Shown here: positions 17,152 through 26,123 of the stretch, piece after piece | Numbering within the stretch: the stretch's first letter is position 1 | Layout of the letters: every line of letters begins with the position of its first letter | Assembly: GCA_903893975.1 (NCBI GenBank) | Contig: CAITOL010000064.1 | Coordinates: 2,001 to 66,000, forward strand | Direction: 5' to 3' | From: an uncultured Rhodospirillales bacterium | GTDB taxonomy: Bacteria; Pseudomonadota; Alphaproteobacteria; Acetobacterales; Acetobacteraceae | DNA length: 64,000 nt | Program-made: the position numbers and the translations under genes | The notes under the pieces: model-generated | The model's input: the letters and a program-made list of their open reading frames with translations, nothing else | Told to the model about the DNA's origin: nothing | The model's database searches: none

Positions 17152-18555
17152 TCAGACCCCGATGTGATGCGCCGCCGCCGCCCAGCCAATGGCACGCGCG
17201 GGGGGAATGGGCCGGCGCCCGGACACACGTTGCAACAACAGCCGCACATCCTCGCGCTGCCCGCCGCGCACCGCGGCATCGAGGTAGAGTTGCTCCAGCA
17301 CATCCTGCTGCGCGTGGCTGCCGCCGAGCCGCCACATCCCGCCCACCACCGGCCGCATCAGGCGCACCGCATCGCCAAACCGCCCTTCCCCATGCGCCCG
17401 CACCGCCTCGGTCACCGGCAGCGCGATATCGTGCAGCAACGCCCGGTCCGGGCCGCTCGCCCCCCGAATGGCCGCCAGCAGCCGATCCGCCGCGCCAGAC
17501 CGCCCGGTGGCCGCCAGCGCCATCATCCAATGCGGCAAGGTGAAGGCAGACAGGCAATCGCCGATGCGCTGCTCGGCAAGGTCGGCCAGTTCCTCCCACC
17601 GCGCACCCACCGCCACACCCTGGCGCTGCAACCGAAACAGCATGGAGGCCGCGTTCTGCACGTCGATATACAAATCCGGCATCGCCGCCGTCAGCGGTGA
17701 GGACAGATCGCGGAAGCGCTGATCATACAACGCCAGCACCCGGCCGAAATCGCCTTCCTCCAGATGAAACAAGGCGCAGTGCCACCACAGGTGATGCTGA
17801 ATATTGTTGCCACCCTGCCAACGCGGCGACAGGGTCTGCAACCAGTCGATCCCCTCCAGCCGGCGGCCTTGCATTTCCATCACATGCGCCACGGCATGCG
17901 CGGCCCACAAATCGCCCGCATCCAGTTCAATCGCCCGCCGCCCATCCGGCTCGGCCGCCAGATACTGGCCAATTTCTTCCAGCGCGAAACAGCGGCAGCC
18001 CAACACGGCGCCATAGCCGGGCAAATCAGCCGTCCAGTCCGGCAGCACACGCTCGATGGAAGCCGCCATATCCTGCGCCCGGCCAAGCCAGAAATTCGCG
18101 AAATGCGCCAGGCGCAACGCCAGACTGTCATGCGGGTGACGACGCAAAATCGCCTCCCAGATCGCCAAGGTGCGATCGATATCCCCCTTAAGCCAAGCAT
18201 TCAGCGCCGCGATATGCTCCCGCTCCCGCGCCGTCGCCTCCCCCACCAACGCCGCCGCCCGCCCCGCCGCCGCCCGCGCGGCCGGCAAAAACGGCTGGTG
18301 ATAGGCCATCAGGTAGAAATACCCCTGGCAGCAATGCGCCAACGCCAATTCCGGGTCCGCCGCCAGCACCGCCGCCAGCCGTTGGCCAACATCGGCGCGG
18401 TTTTTCAGAAACCCGATCATCATATGATCAAACGCCACCACCGCGGCATCCGAGTCCGTGCTGATCGCCAAACCGTGGGCATCTTGCCGAATAGAAGTGC
18501 TCTTTCCTGTCGCGCCGCGCCAGGGTATCGTGTCCGAAGTCCAGGCGTTGGTCAA
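17152..18555 (-). CDS. TPR protein of the TTC38 family
   Basis: DAHGLAISTDSDAAVVAFDHMMIGFL...DPELALAHCCQGYFYLM matches the N-terminal logic of TTC38-type proteins. The first ~28 codons of track ORF 17152..18654 are just the reverse complement of the tRNA. The true start is unresolved: TTG 18555, ATT 18492, TTG 18471 or ATG 18423. Confidence 0.7.
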   Translation of the reverse strand: MTNAWTSDTIPWRGATGKSTSIRQDAHGLAISTDSDAAVVAFDHMMIGFLKNRADVGQRLAAVLAADPELALAHCCQGYFYLMAYHQPFLPAARAAAGRAAALVGEATAREREHIAALNAWLKGDIDRTLAIWEAILRRHPHDSLALRLAHFANFWLGRAQDMAASIERVLPDWTADLPGYGAVLGCRCFALEEIGQYLAAEPDGRRAIELDAGDLWAAHAVAHVMEMQGRRLEGIDWLQTLSPRWQGGNNIQHHLWWHCALFHLEEGDFGRVLALYDQRFRDLSSPLTAAMPDLYIDVQNAASMLFRLQRQGVAVGARWEELADLAEQRIGDCLSAFTLPHWMMALAATGRSGAADRLLAAIRGASGPDRALLHDIALPVTEAVRAHGEGRFGDAVRLMRPVVGGMWRLGGSHAQQDVLEQLYLDAAVRGGQREDVRLLLQRVSGRRPIPPARAIGWAAAAHHIGV

Positions 18556-18570
18556 ATTGCGCCCGACACA

Positions 18571-18660
18571 GGATGGGTGGCCGAGTGGTTTAAGGCAGCG
18601 GTCTTGAAAACCGCCGTACGTGTGAGCGTACCGTGGGTTCGAATCCCACCTCATCCGCCA
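18571..18660 (+). tRNA. tRNA-Ser (anticodon UGA), class II with long variable arm, CCA encoded
   Basis: Sequence: GGATGGG-TG-GCCGAGTGGTTTAAGGC-A-GCGGT-CTTGAAA-ACCGC-[CGTACGTGTGAGCGTACC]-GTGGG-TTCGAAT-CCCAC-CTCATCC-G-CCA. The acceptor stem pairs 7/7 with one G-U pair. The anticodon TGA is at 18605-18607. The T-loop is the conserved TTCGAAT. Confidence 0.9.
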
Positions 18661-18821
18661 AAATATCTTTTAATATCAACATACTACATCTATCTTTCTT
18701 CGAAATCCGCCGATCCGAGCCAGCCGCACCTCGTCGCGCCCCCCGACTTGATATCGGTCAATGCGCGCGCCACCACTTCCTGCGCACGCTGCCTCGGAGA
18801 TCCGCAGCGAGGAAATGATCC

Positions 18822-21242
18822 ATGGCCGAGCCTGTCATCCCGACGCTCACGCCCCTCTTGGTGGCGCAACTTTACCGGCCGGCCACGCTCGGTGACATCG
18901 GCTTTGCAACCACGGCCGACTTGCCGGCCCTGCCCGGCCTGACCGACCAGCCACGGGCGCGGCAGGCGATCAGCTTCGGCACCGAAATCGGGCAGCGCGG
19001 GTTTAATATTTTCGCCATCGGCGCCAACGGCGCGCGCATGCAACACGCGGTGAAGCTGCTGCTGCAGGATATGGCCGGCGGGCGGCCGCTGCCGCAGGAC
19101 TGGGTGTATGTGGCGAATTTTACCGAACAGCACCGCCCGGTGGCCATCGCCCTGCCCGGCGGGCAAGCGCCCACCTTCCAAAAGGCGGTGCATACGCTGG
19201 TGGAGGACCTCCGCCTCGCTCTACCGGCAACCTTTGAAAGTGAGGACTATCAGAAGCGCCGCAGCGGCATCGAACAGGCCATGCAAGCCAAAAGCGAGCA
19301 GGCATTCGCCGCCTTGAACGAGAAGGCCAAAGCCAAGGACATCGTGATCCTGCGCACCCCGATGGGCTTCGGCATGGCCCCGATCCATGATGGCAAGGTG
19401 GTGCCGCCCGCCGAATTCAACACCTGGCCAGAGCCCGCGCAGCAGGCAATGCGGGACGCGATTGCCGCGCTGGAAAAGGAGTTGGAGGAAACCTTGCGCG
19501 CCCTGCCCCGCGCCGAGAACGCCCTGCGCGACGCCCTGCGCGCCCTCGACCGGGAAACGGCGGAAGCCACGATCGGCCCGCAATTCGACCAGTTGACCGC
19601 GACCTATGCCGAAATCCCCGCGGTGCTGCGGCATATCGCGGCCATGCGGGCGGATTTGCTGGACAATGTGCCCGCCTTCATCTCCCCCGAAGCCGCCGCC
19701 CAGGGGGCGATGCAGGCCGCGATGCGACTGGCCGGGCCGTTTGATCGCTATGAGGTGAACGTCTTCGTCTCCCAGGCCGACCACGCCGCCGGCGGCCCGG
19801 TGATTGAGGAGCCGCATCCCACTTTGGCCAATCTGGTCGGGCGGATTGAATACCTGCAAGTCCAAGGGGCGTTGCTGACCAATTTCCGCCTGATCAAATC
19901 CGGCGCGCTGCATCGGGCCAATGGCGGTATCATCCTGCTCGACGCCCGCAGCCTGCTCAGCGAACCATTCAGCTGGGCGGCGCTGAAGCGCGCGCTGCTG
20001 CGCCAGGAAGTCACCATCGAGGACGTGGCCCGCTTCGTCGGCCTGACCACGACCGTATCGCTCGAGCCAGACCCGATCCCGCTGAACGTGAAGGTGGTGC
20101 TGTTCGGTGACCGGATGCTTTACTACCTGCTCACCGCGATCGACCCGGAAGTGGCGCAGCATTTCAAAGTGCTGGCCGACTTCGACGACGAGGTGGCGCG
20201 GGCGCCGGAGAGCGAGGCCATGCTGGCGCGGCTGATCGGCACCATCGCCGCCGAGGAACAGTTGCGGCCGCTCGACCGGGCGGCGGTGGCGCGTGCGGTG
20301 GAACACGCGGCACGGCTGGCCGATGATGCGAACAAGCTGACCCTGCTGGTCGAACACATGCACGACCTGGTGGCGGAGGCCAACCATCTGGCCGGGCGGG
20401 CTGGGCGGGCGGTGATCATCCAGCCGGATATTGATGCGGCCATCGCCCAGCGCCGCCACCGCGCCGCACGGGTGAAGGCGTTGAGCCAGGAGATGATCCT
20501 GCGCGACATCGCCCTGATTGAAACCAGCGGCGCCCAGGTGGGCCAGATCAATGGGTTGAGCGTGCTCACCCTCGGCGACAGCAGTTTCGGCCAGCCCACC
20601 CGCATCACCTGCCAGGTGCGCCCCGGCGCCGGCCGGATTATCGACATTGAACGCGAGGTGAAGCTGGGCGGGCCGATCCATTCCAAGGGGGTGCTGATCC
20701 TGTCCGGCTTCCTCGCCGGCCGCTACGCGCTACAGGCGCCGATGTCGCTCTATGCGAGCCTGGTATTTGAACAATCCTATGGCGGGGTGGAGGGCGATAG
20801 CGCCTCGTCTGCGGAGTTGTATTGCCTGCTCTCGGCCTTGGCCGGGGTGGCGCTGCGGCAGGATCTGGCGGTGACCGGCTCGGTCAACCAACACGGCCAG
20901 GTGCAGGCGATTGGCGGGGCGAATGACAAGATCGAAGGCTTCTTCGATATCTGCCAGGCGCGCGGGCTGACCGGAAACCAGGGCGTGATGATCCCCGCGG
21001 CCAACGTGCAGCACCTGATGCTGCGCGCCGATGTGGTGGCGGCCTGCGCGGCCGGGCAGTTCGCGGTCTACCCGATCCGCAACATCGACGAGGGCATTGC
21101 CCTGCTCACCGGCATGAACGCCGGGGCGCGCGGCGCCGATGGCCACTTCCCCGAGGGCACGCTGAACCGACTGGTCGAAGATCGGCTGGTGCAGTTCGCC
21201 GCCTTGCGCAAGGAGGCCTCAGCCGAGGCGAAAGCGCCGTGA
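18822..21242 (+). CDS. Lon-like (S16) protease with AAA-like domain carrying a large helical insertion (LonC-like)
   Basis: The C-terminal S16 domain has GVEGDSAS (Ser660, AGC 20799-20801) and GGANDKIEGF (Lys703). That is the same 43-residue Ser-Lys spacing as E. coli Lon. The P-loop position reads GANGARMQ (19020-19043) and the Walker B position reads IILLDA (Asp374, 19941-19943). About 295 residues with coiled-coil-like sequence lie between them. GAGGAA lies 8 nt upstream of the ATG. Confidence 0.85.
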   Translation: MAEPVIPTLTPLLVAQLYRPATLGDIGFATTADLPALPGLTDQPRARQAISFGTEIGQRGFNIFAIGANGARMQHAVKLLLQDMAGGRPLPQDWVYVANFTEQHRPVAIALPGGQAPTFQKAVHTLVEDLRLALPATFESEDYQKRRSGIEQAMQAKSEQAFAALNEKAKAKDIVILRTPMGFGMAPIHDGKVVPPAEFNTWPEPAQQAMRDAIAALEKELEETLRALPRAENALRDALRALDRETAEATIGPQFDQLTATYAEIPAVLRHIAAMRADLLDNVPAFISPEAAAQGAMQAAMRLAGPFDRYEVNVFVSQADHAAGGPVIEEPHPTLANLVGRIEYLQVQGALLTNFRLIKSGALHRANGGIILLDARSLLSEPFSWAALKRALLRQEVTIEDVARFVGLTTTVSLEPDPIPLNVKVVLFGDRMLYYLLTAIDPEVAQHFKVLADFDDEVARAPESEAMLARLIGTIAAEEQLRPLDRAAVARAVEHAARLADDANKLTLLVEHMHDLVAEANHLAGRAGRAVIIQPDIDAAIAQRRHRAARVKALSQEMILRDIALIETSGAQVGQINGLSVLTLGDSSFGQPTRITCQVRPGAGRIIDIEREVKLGGPIHSKGVLILSGFLAGRYALQAPMSLYASLVFEQSYGGVEGDSASSAELYCLLSALAGVALRQDLAVTGSVNQHGQVQAIGGANDKIEGFFDICQARGLTGNQGVMIPAANVQHLMLRADVVAACAAGQFAVYPIRNIDEGIALLTGMNAGARGADGHFPEGTLNRLVEDRLVQFAALRKEASAEAKAP

Positions 21243-22066
21243 CCAGGCTGTTCCGCCGGCTGGTGCTCGATATGGGCGACGCGCCGGATGTGGCGACCCT
21301 ACGCGCGCTGGCCGGGCTGGCGGCAGCACTCGGCGTGGATCTGCACGGCGTTTTCATCGAGGACGAGGCCGTGCTGGCCTTGGCGCAATTGCCGTTTGCC
21401 CGGCAATATCGCCTGCCCACCGGCGAGTGGCGGCCGATGGATGCCGCATCGGTCGCGGCGGAATTGCGCGATGCGGCGGCGCACACCCAGCGTTGGATGG
21501 CGCAGGCGCTGGCGGATGTCGGGATCGGCCAAGGGTTTGAGTGTCTGCGCGGCGATCCGGTCACCTGCATGGCCGGAATTTGCCACACCGATAGCATCGT
21601 CGTGCTACCGCCGCCGCAGGCGGTCGCCGGTCAGGCGCGGCAACGCTGGCAGCCGGCGTTGGAGATAACCCCAGCCTCGGTCCTGCTGTTGCCGCCCCGG
21701 TTCAAACCGCGCGACGGTGTGGTGGCGGCGGTGCTGGACGGTCTGGATGATCCAGGCCTGGCCCTTGCCTGCCGGGTCGCGGCAGCGCTCGGCGCGGACA
21801 TGGTGCTGTTCTTGACCGAGCCCGCCAGCGCCGTGCACGCCGAGCAGGTGGCCCGCACGGCCGGCGTGGCCCGGCTGGTCACCCGGCCGCTCGCCGGCGT
21901 CACCCCAGCCGCATTGCTGGCCGCCCTGGCCGGGGTGCGGGAACGGCTGCTGATCCTGGCGCGCGACCGCTTCAGCGGCGATCTGGCTCAGGCCGGCGCG
22001 CTGGCGGAAACGCTGGGCGCCCCGGTTCTGGTGCTGGCCAGCCTCACCGCAGCCCCGATTGCATGA
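21239..22066 (+). CDS. hypothetical protein (275 aa), possibly two USP-like alpha/beta repeats
   Basis: The GTG start overlaps the Lon-like stop (GTGA). Codon bias is consistent with the neighbours. The pattern repeats: RLVLDMGDAP...VDLHGVFIEDE...DSIVVLPP, then GVVAAVLDGLDD...ADMVLFLTEP...RLLILARD...APVLVL. No family is confidently recognised. Confidence 0.55.
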   Translation: MTRLFRRLVLDMGDAPDVATLRALAGLAAALGVDLHGVFIEDEAVLALAQLPFARQYRLPTGEWRPMDAASVAAELRDAAAHTQRWMAQALADVGIGQGFECLRGDPVTCMAGICHTDSIVVLPPPQAVAGQARQRWQPALEITPASVLLLPPRFKPRDGVVAAVLDGLDDPGLALACRVAAALGADMVLFLTEPASAVHAEQVARTAGVARLVTRPLAGVTPAALLAALAGVRERLLILARDRFSGDLAQAGALAETLGAPVLVLASLTAAPIA

Positions 22067-22928
22067 AGGACTGCACCACCTGGCGCTGCAGCACGAGGTA
22101 AAACGCCAGGATCGGCACGCTCGCCATGGTAGACGCCGCCATCAGCGGCCCCCATTGATTGCCCTCGGCCGACATGAACATCTGAATGCCGATCTGGATC
22201 ACCGAATTCTCCGGCGTGCGTGACAGCAGCAGCGGCCAGAAATATTCGTTCCAGGTGGAGATAAAGATCAAAATCGCCAGCGACGCCAGCGATCCGCCGA
22301 GATTGGGCACGAGAACCTGCCACAGCAGGCGCCAGCTGCTGGCCCCATCCATATGCGCGGCCTCGATCACCTCCTGCGGGAATGCGCGAATGGCCTGGGT
22401 CAGCAGCATCACCGCCAATGCGGACGCAAAATGCGGCAGCACCAAAGCGGTCAGGCTATCGAGCAGGCCGAGTTGCGCCACCAGCAGAAAATTCGGGATC
22501 ATCACCACCTGAAACGGCACCAGCCAGGTTAACGCCACCAGCGCGAACACCAGCCGGTCGCCGGTGAAGCGCCAGCGGGCGAAGGCGAACGCCGCCAGCA
22601 ACGCGGTCAGCAGTTGAATGGCCGTGACCAGCAGCGCCACGACCAGCGTATTGCCCAGCATCTGCGCCACCGGAATGGCGTTCAACGTGTAGCGGTAATT
22701 CGCCAGCGAGGCCGCGCTGGGCCAAAGCGTGGTCTCAAAGATCGCATTGGCGGGGCGCAGCGAGGTGACGACCATCCAATAAATCGGGAACAGGCACACG
22801 AAGGACAATGCCAGCAAAACGCCGTGCCCCAGCACGCCGCGCCCCAAGCGGCGCCCCCGGCGCTGGGCCATCGCCTGCGGGCGGATGGCAAGGCGCCAGC
22901 CCGGCGCGGGAATGGCATCAGGCGTCAT
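22044..22928 (-). CDS. carbohydrate ABC transporter permease (MalG/UgpE-like)
   Basis: FPIYWMVVTSLRP and the EAA-type loop EAAHMDGASSWRLLWQVLVPNL are present. The start may be 22928 or 22871. Confidence 0.8.
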   Translation of the reverse strand: MTPDAIPAPGWRLAIRPQAMAQRRGRRLGRGVLGHGVLLALSFVCLFPIYWMVVTSLRPANAIFETTLWPSAASLANYRYTLNAIPVAQMLGNTLVVALLVTAIQLLTALLAAFAFARWRFTGDRLVFALVALTWLVPFQVVMIPNFLLVAQLGLLDSLTALVLPHFASALAVMLLTQAIRAFPQEVIEAAHMDGASSWRLLWQVLVPNLGGSLASLAILIFISTWNEYFWPLLLSRTPENSVIQIGIQMFMSAEGNQWGPLMAASTMASVPILAFYLVLQRQVVQSFMQSGLR

Positions 22929-23814
22929 GCAAGCTCACCCGTTCGGTCAGCCATAGCAGCCCGAGCGCCAGCAGGGCGAAGCCGATGAACAGCAGCACCG
23001 CGGAGGCCGAACTCCACCCCACCGACAGGCTGGAAAAGCCGAAATCCCACAGCAGATAATAAATATTGGTCGTCGCCCCCAGCGGGCCGCCATCGGTCAG
23101 CACATTGATATAGCTGAACGTCCATTGCGCCCCGAGCAGGATGCTCATCGTTACCAGCAGCAGCGCGGTAGATGACAGCAATGGCAGGCGGATATGGCGC
23201 ACGATCGCCCAGCCCGACGCGCCATCCATGCGCGCGGCCTCGATCAGCGACGGATTGATCCGGGCGTTCGCGGCCGAGGCAATCAGGGTTGCGAAGCCGA
23301 TCAGCTTCCAGCCGGTAATGCCGATAATGCTCCAGATCGCCAGGCGCGGATCGCTGAGAAACGCCACCGGGCCAAGGCCAAATGCGGCGAGCGCGCGATT
23401 GACCACGCCATGCCCCGGGTCCAGCAGCCAGCGCCATACCGATGCGGCCACCACCGGGGCGATCAACATCGGCACGAAAATCAGCCCGCGATACAAATTG
23501 CGCCAGCGCGTCGGCAGATCTTGCGTGTAGATGGCGATGGCCAGCGGCGCCACCACGGCGAAGGGCAGCAGGCCGAACATGTAAAGCGCGGTATTGCGCA
23601 GCGCCTGCCACAGTTTCGGCAGGGCCAGAATATTCTGGTAATTGCCCCAGCCGACATAGGTCATCGGCGTATCCGGCAGCATGTTCCACTCGAAAAAGCT
23701 GCGCCAGACCGCCTGGGCCAGTGGCTCGTACACCCAAACCAGAAAGGTGCCGGCCACTGGCAGCAGATACAGCCACGGTGTCAGGCTTTGGCGCCAGCGG
23801 CGGCGGCGGATCAT
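22918..23814 (-). CDS. carbohydrate ABC transporter permease (MalF/UgpA-like)
   Basis: Track ORF 22918..24015 trimmed to ATG 23814, which overlaps the binding-protein stop (ATGA). EAARMDGASGWAIVRHIRLPLL is the EAA loop. Confidence 0.8.
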   Translation of the reverse strand: MIRRRRWRQSLTPWLYLLPVAGTFLVWVYEPLAQAVWRSFFEWNMLPDTPMTYVGWGNYQNILALPKLWQALRNTALYMFGLLPFAVVAPLAIAIYTQDLPTRWRNLYRGLIFVPMLIAPVVAASVWRWLLDPGHGVVNRALAAFGLGPVAFLSDPRLAIWSIIGITGWKLIGFATLIASAANARINPSLIEAARMDGASGWAIVRHIRLPLLSSTALLLVTMSILLGAQWTFSYINVLTDGGPLGATTNIYYLLWDFGFSSLSVGWSSASAVLLFIGFALLALGLLWLTERVSLHDA

Positions 23815-25127
23815 TTCGGCAGCATGGCCTGTGTGGTTTGCTGCGCCGCCAACAAAGTAGCCGCAACATCGACCTTGCCGGTCACCGCGAGTTCCACCGC
23901 ATCCATCATGGTTTTGACGATCTGGCGATAATTCGGCCCGGGCATTGCGTCCCACGGCTCCAGCACCGCCAGTTGTTTCAGGTTCGGTTGCACCAACGGA
24001 TGGGTTTTCACCCATTCGCCGAGATATTGCGGATCATCGACAATATCGGTGCGCAGCGGCAGATAGCCGATTTCCGAGGTGATAATAGTGTAGCCGCGCT
24101 TGGAGGTCAGGAATTTCATCAACTCCCACGCCGCGCGCTGCAACACCGGATCGGTCGCCAGCAAAATCAGTGCGCTGCCGGAATTATTCGGGCGCACCTT
24201 CTTGGCGCCGAACGACGGCATGGTGGAGGCGCGCAGGTCAAACTTGTCCTTGGCCCCGGCGACGATGAAGCCCTGCACCGCGCTGGTTTGCAGGTACATG
24301 CCCATGTCGCCGGCGGCCATCGCCTCCATCGCCGCGTTCACATCCAGGTTCGCCATCGCGCCGCTGTCGTTCAGGTCGCGCAGCATCGCCACCGCCTCAA
24401 CCGCCTCAGGAGCCGCGAATTTCATGGTTTTCCGGTCGCGGGAAATCGTTTCGCCACCGTTAGAGCGCACCACACCCTGAAACAGCCAGTCGAACGCGGA
24501 CGGGCCGAGAATGCCTGTCGCCAGCCCGCCTTTGCCGGTTTTCGCCTTGATGGTCAGCGCCGCCTGCTTCACCTCCGCCCAGGTCAACGGCGGCTGGTCC
24601 GGGTTCAGCCCGGCGGCGCGGAACAGGTCGGCGTTATAAAACAGCACCGGGGTGGAAAACGTGTAGGCCAGCCCATAGGTTTTGCCGTCGAGCATGCCGA
24701 GCTTGAGGCCGTTCGGGGCAATGCCGGCGAAATTGGCCGCCAGTTCCGGCGCGGGGATCAAATCCTCCAGCGCTTTGGCGCCGAGGCTATGCACGGCGAA
24801 ATCCAGATCGCCAAAGCCGAGTTGGATCAGGTCCACCTGGCGATGGGCGGCAAGATCCGCCTGCACCCGGGCGGTGAAGCCGGTAACGGGCACGCCGACC
24901 CCGTTGACCTTGATATTCGGATTGGCCCGCATGAACTCCCGCAGCAATTTGCGGGTCGCATCCGCCCCCAGCCCGGCGGTGGCGAGGTTATAGTTGTAGA
25001 AATTGATCTGCACCGGATGGTCGATCCCGGCTGCGGCAAACGCGGCTATTGCCGGGCGCGGTGGCAGCAGGCCGGTCGCGGCGGTAGCGAGGCCGGCGAG
25101 CAGGTGGCGGCGTTGCATGGCCATCAC
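23811..25127 (-). CDS. carbohydrate/glycerophosphodiester-type ABC substrate-binding protein (family 1)
   Basis: It has a Tat-like leader (QRRHLLAGLATAATGLLPPRPAIAA). Family 1 features include INFYNYN, FRAAGLNPDQPPLTWAEV and PLRTDI. Possible starts are 25127 (GTG), 25124 or 25118. Confidence 0.8.
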   Translation of the reverse strand: MMAMQRRHLLAGLATAATGLLPPRPAIAAFAAAGIDHPVQINFYNYNLATAGLGADATRKLLREFMRANPNIKVNGVGVPVTGFTARVQADLAAHRQVDLIQLGFGDLDFAVHSLGAKALEDLIPAPELAANFAGIAPNGLKLGMLDGKTYGLAYTFSTPVLFYNADLFRAAGLNPDQPPLTWAEVKQAALTIKAKTGKGGLATGILGPSAFDWLFQGVVRSNGGETISRDRKTMKFAAPEAVEAVAMLRDLNDSGAMANLDVNAAMEAMAAGDMGMYLQTSAVQGFIVAGAKDKFDLRASTMPSFGAKKVRPNNSGSALILLATDPVLQRAAWELMKFLTSKRGYTIITSEIGYLPLRTDIVDDPQYLGEWVKTHPLVQPNLKQLAVLEPWDAMPGPNYRQIVKTMMDAVELAVTGKVDVAATLLAAQQTTQAMLPK

Positions 25128-26002
25128 CCGGCCGCCAGGGCGGCAAGCCGGCGTTCTTCATAGGTCGCGATCAGCACCAGCATGTCGGCGAAAGAGTGGT
25201 ATTTCAGCTCCCGCCGTTCCGCCGGTTGCGGCACGAAGGCGATGGTCAGGCCGGACGGCCGCACCGTGCCCACGGCGAACGATGCGCCGGAGACCATGCG
25301 CAGGCCGGCATGCAAGGCCAGCACATCGGTCGCCGCGTGCTGGCCGATGCCGACCACGACGGGAAAGCCGCACCAATGGCTCACGCGGTCGAAATGGATA
25401 TGCCCACTCAACATCCCGATCACGTTATGGCCGGCCAGGGTTTCCCGCAGGCGGATGGTATCGGCGCAGGAAATCGCCTCCCACTCCATCGCCACATTAT
25501 ATTCGTCGAGCGAGGGCGGGTGATGGCAGACAATCAGCTTCGGCAAATCCGGGTAGACCGCCAGCGTCGCGGCCAGCCAGTCCAGTTGCGTCGCGTCCAG
25601 AAAGCCGCAGATGCGATGCGGGCGGCTGGAATCCAGGGTGATGACATGCAACCCGGCGATGACCTGATCGTGATCATACGGCGCCGACAGATCATCGGTG
25701 CGGCCAAGCATGCCCTGGTAGAAGCCGGGCCGCGTGTCATGATTGCCGAGCGCCCAGACCACCGGGATGTCCAGCGCCGCCTCGGCAAAGATGCGCTTCA
25801 GCTCGGCGTAGCTGCCAAGGTCGCCCCGGTTGGTCAGGTCTCCGCTGGCGACGATGAAATCGGGCGCCGGTTGCAGCCGTTTCACATCCTGTAAAATCCG
25901 CGCAAGCGTGGCGGAGGTATCGGAGTAGAGTTTTTCATCCACCACATCCGGGTCACCAATATGCAGGTCCGTCAGATGCACGAAAGTCGGGTGCTTGCCC
26001 AT
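25124..26002 (-). CDS. calcineurin-like metallophosphoesterase (GpdQ/CpdA-like phosphodiesterase)
   Basis: Track ORF trimmed to ATG 26002, which follows AAGGGGAA. Motifs: FVHLTDLHIGD, ASGDLTNRGD, ALGNHD, CHHPP, LSGHIH. Confidence 0.8.
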   Translation of the reverse strand: MGKHPTFVHLTDLHIGDPDVVDEKLYSDTSATLARILQDVKRLQPAPDFIVASGDLTNRGDLGSYAELKRIFAEAALDIPVVWALGNHDTRPGFYQGMLGRTDDLSAPYDHDQVIAGLHVITLDSSRPHRICGFLDATQLDWLAATLAVYPDLPKLIVCHHPPSLDEYNVAMEWEAISCADTIRLRETLAGHNVIGMLSGHIHFDRVSHWCGFPVVVGIGQHAATDVLALHAGLRMVSGASFAVGTVRPSGLTIAFVPQPAERRELKYHSFADMLVLIATYEERRLAALAAG

Positions 26003-26123
26003 GCGAATTCCCCTTGCAGTCGCGGCGCAATGGCGGGCGACGCCTGGGGCGGGTGTTAGCGTGGGCTGATGGCGCGGTGCGACGGCGGTTCGATGACGTA
26101 ATGGTGAACATTGCGCCCGGGGC

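Noticed and set aside
18556-18654. Start of the 500-aa track ORF (MRWDSNPRYAHTYGGFQDRCLKPLGHPS...).
   Set aside because: These codons are simply the reverse complement of the tRNA-Ser gene. A protein gene is not expected to run through a tRNA on the opposite strand.
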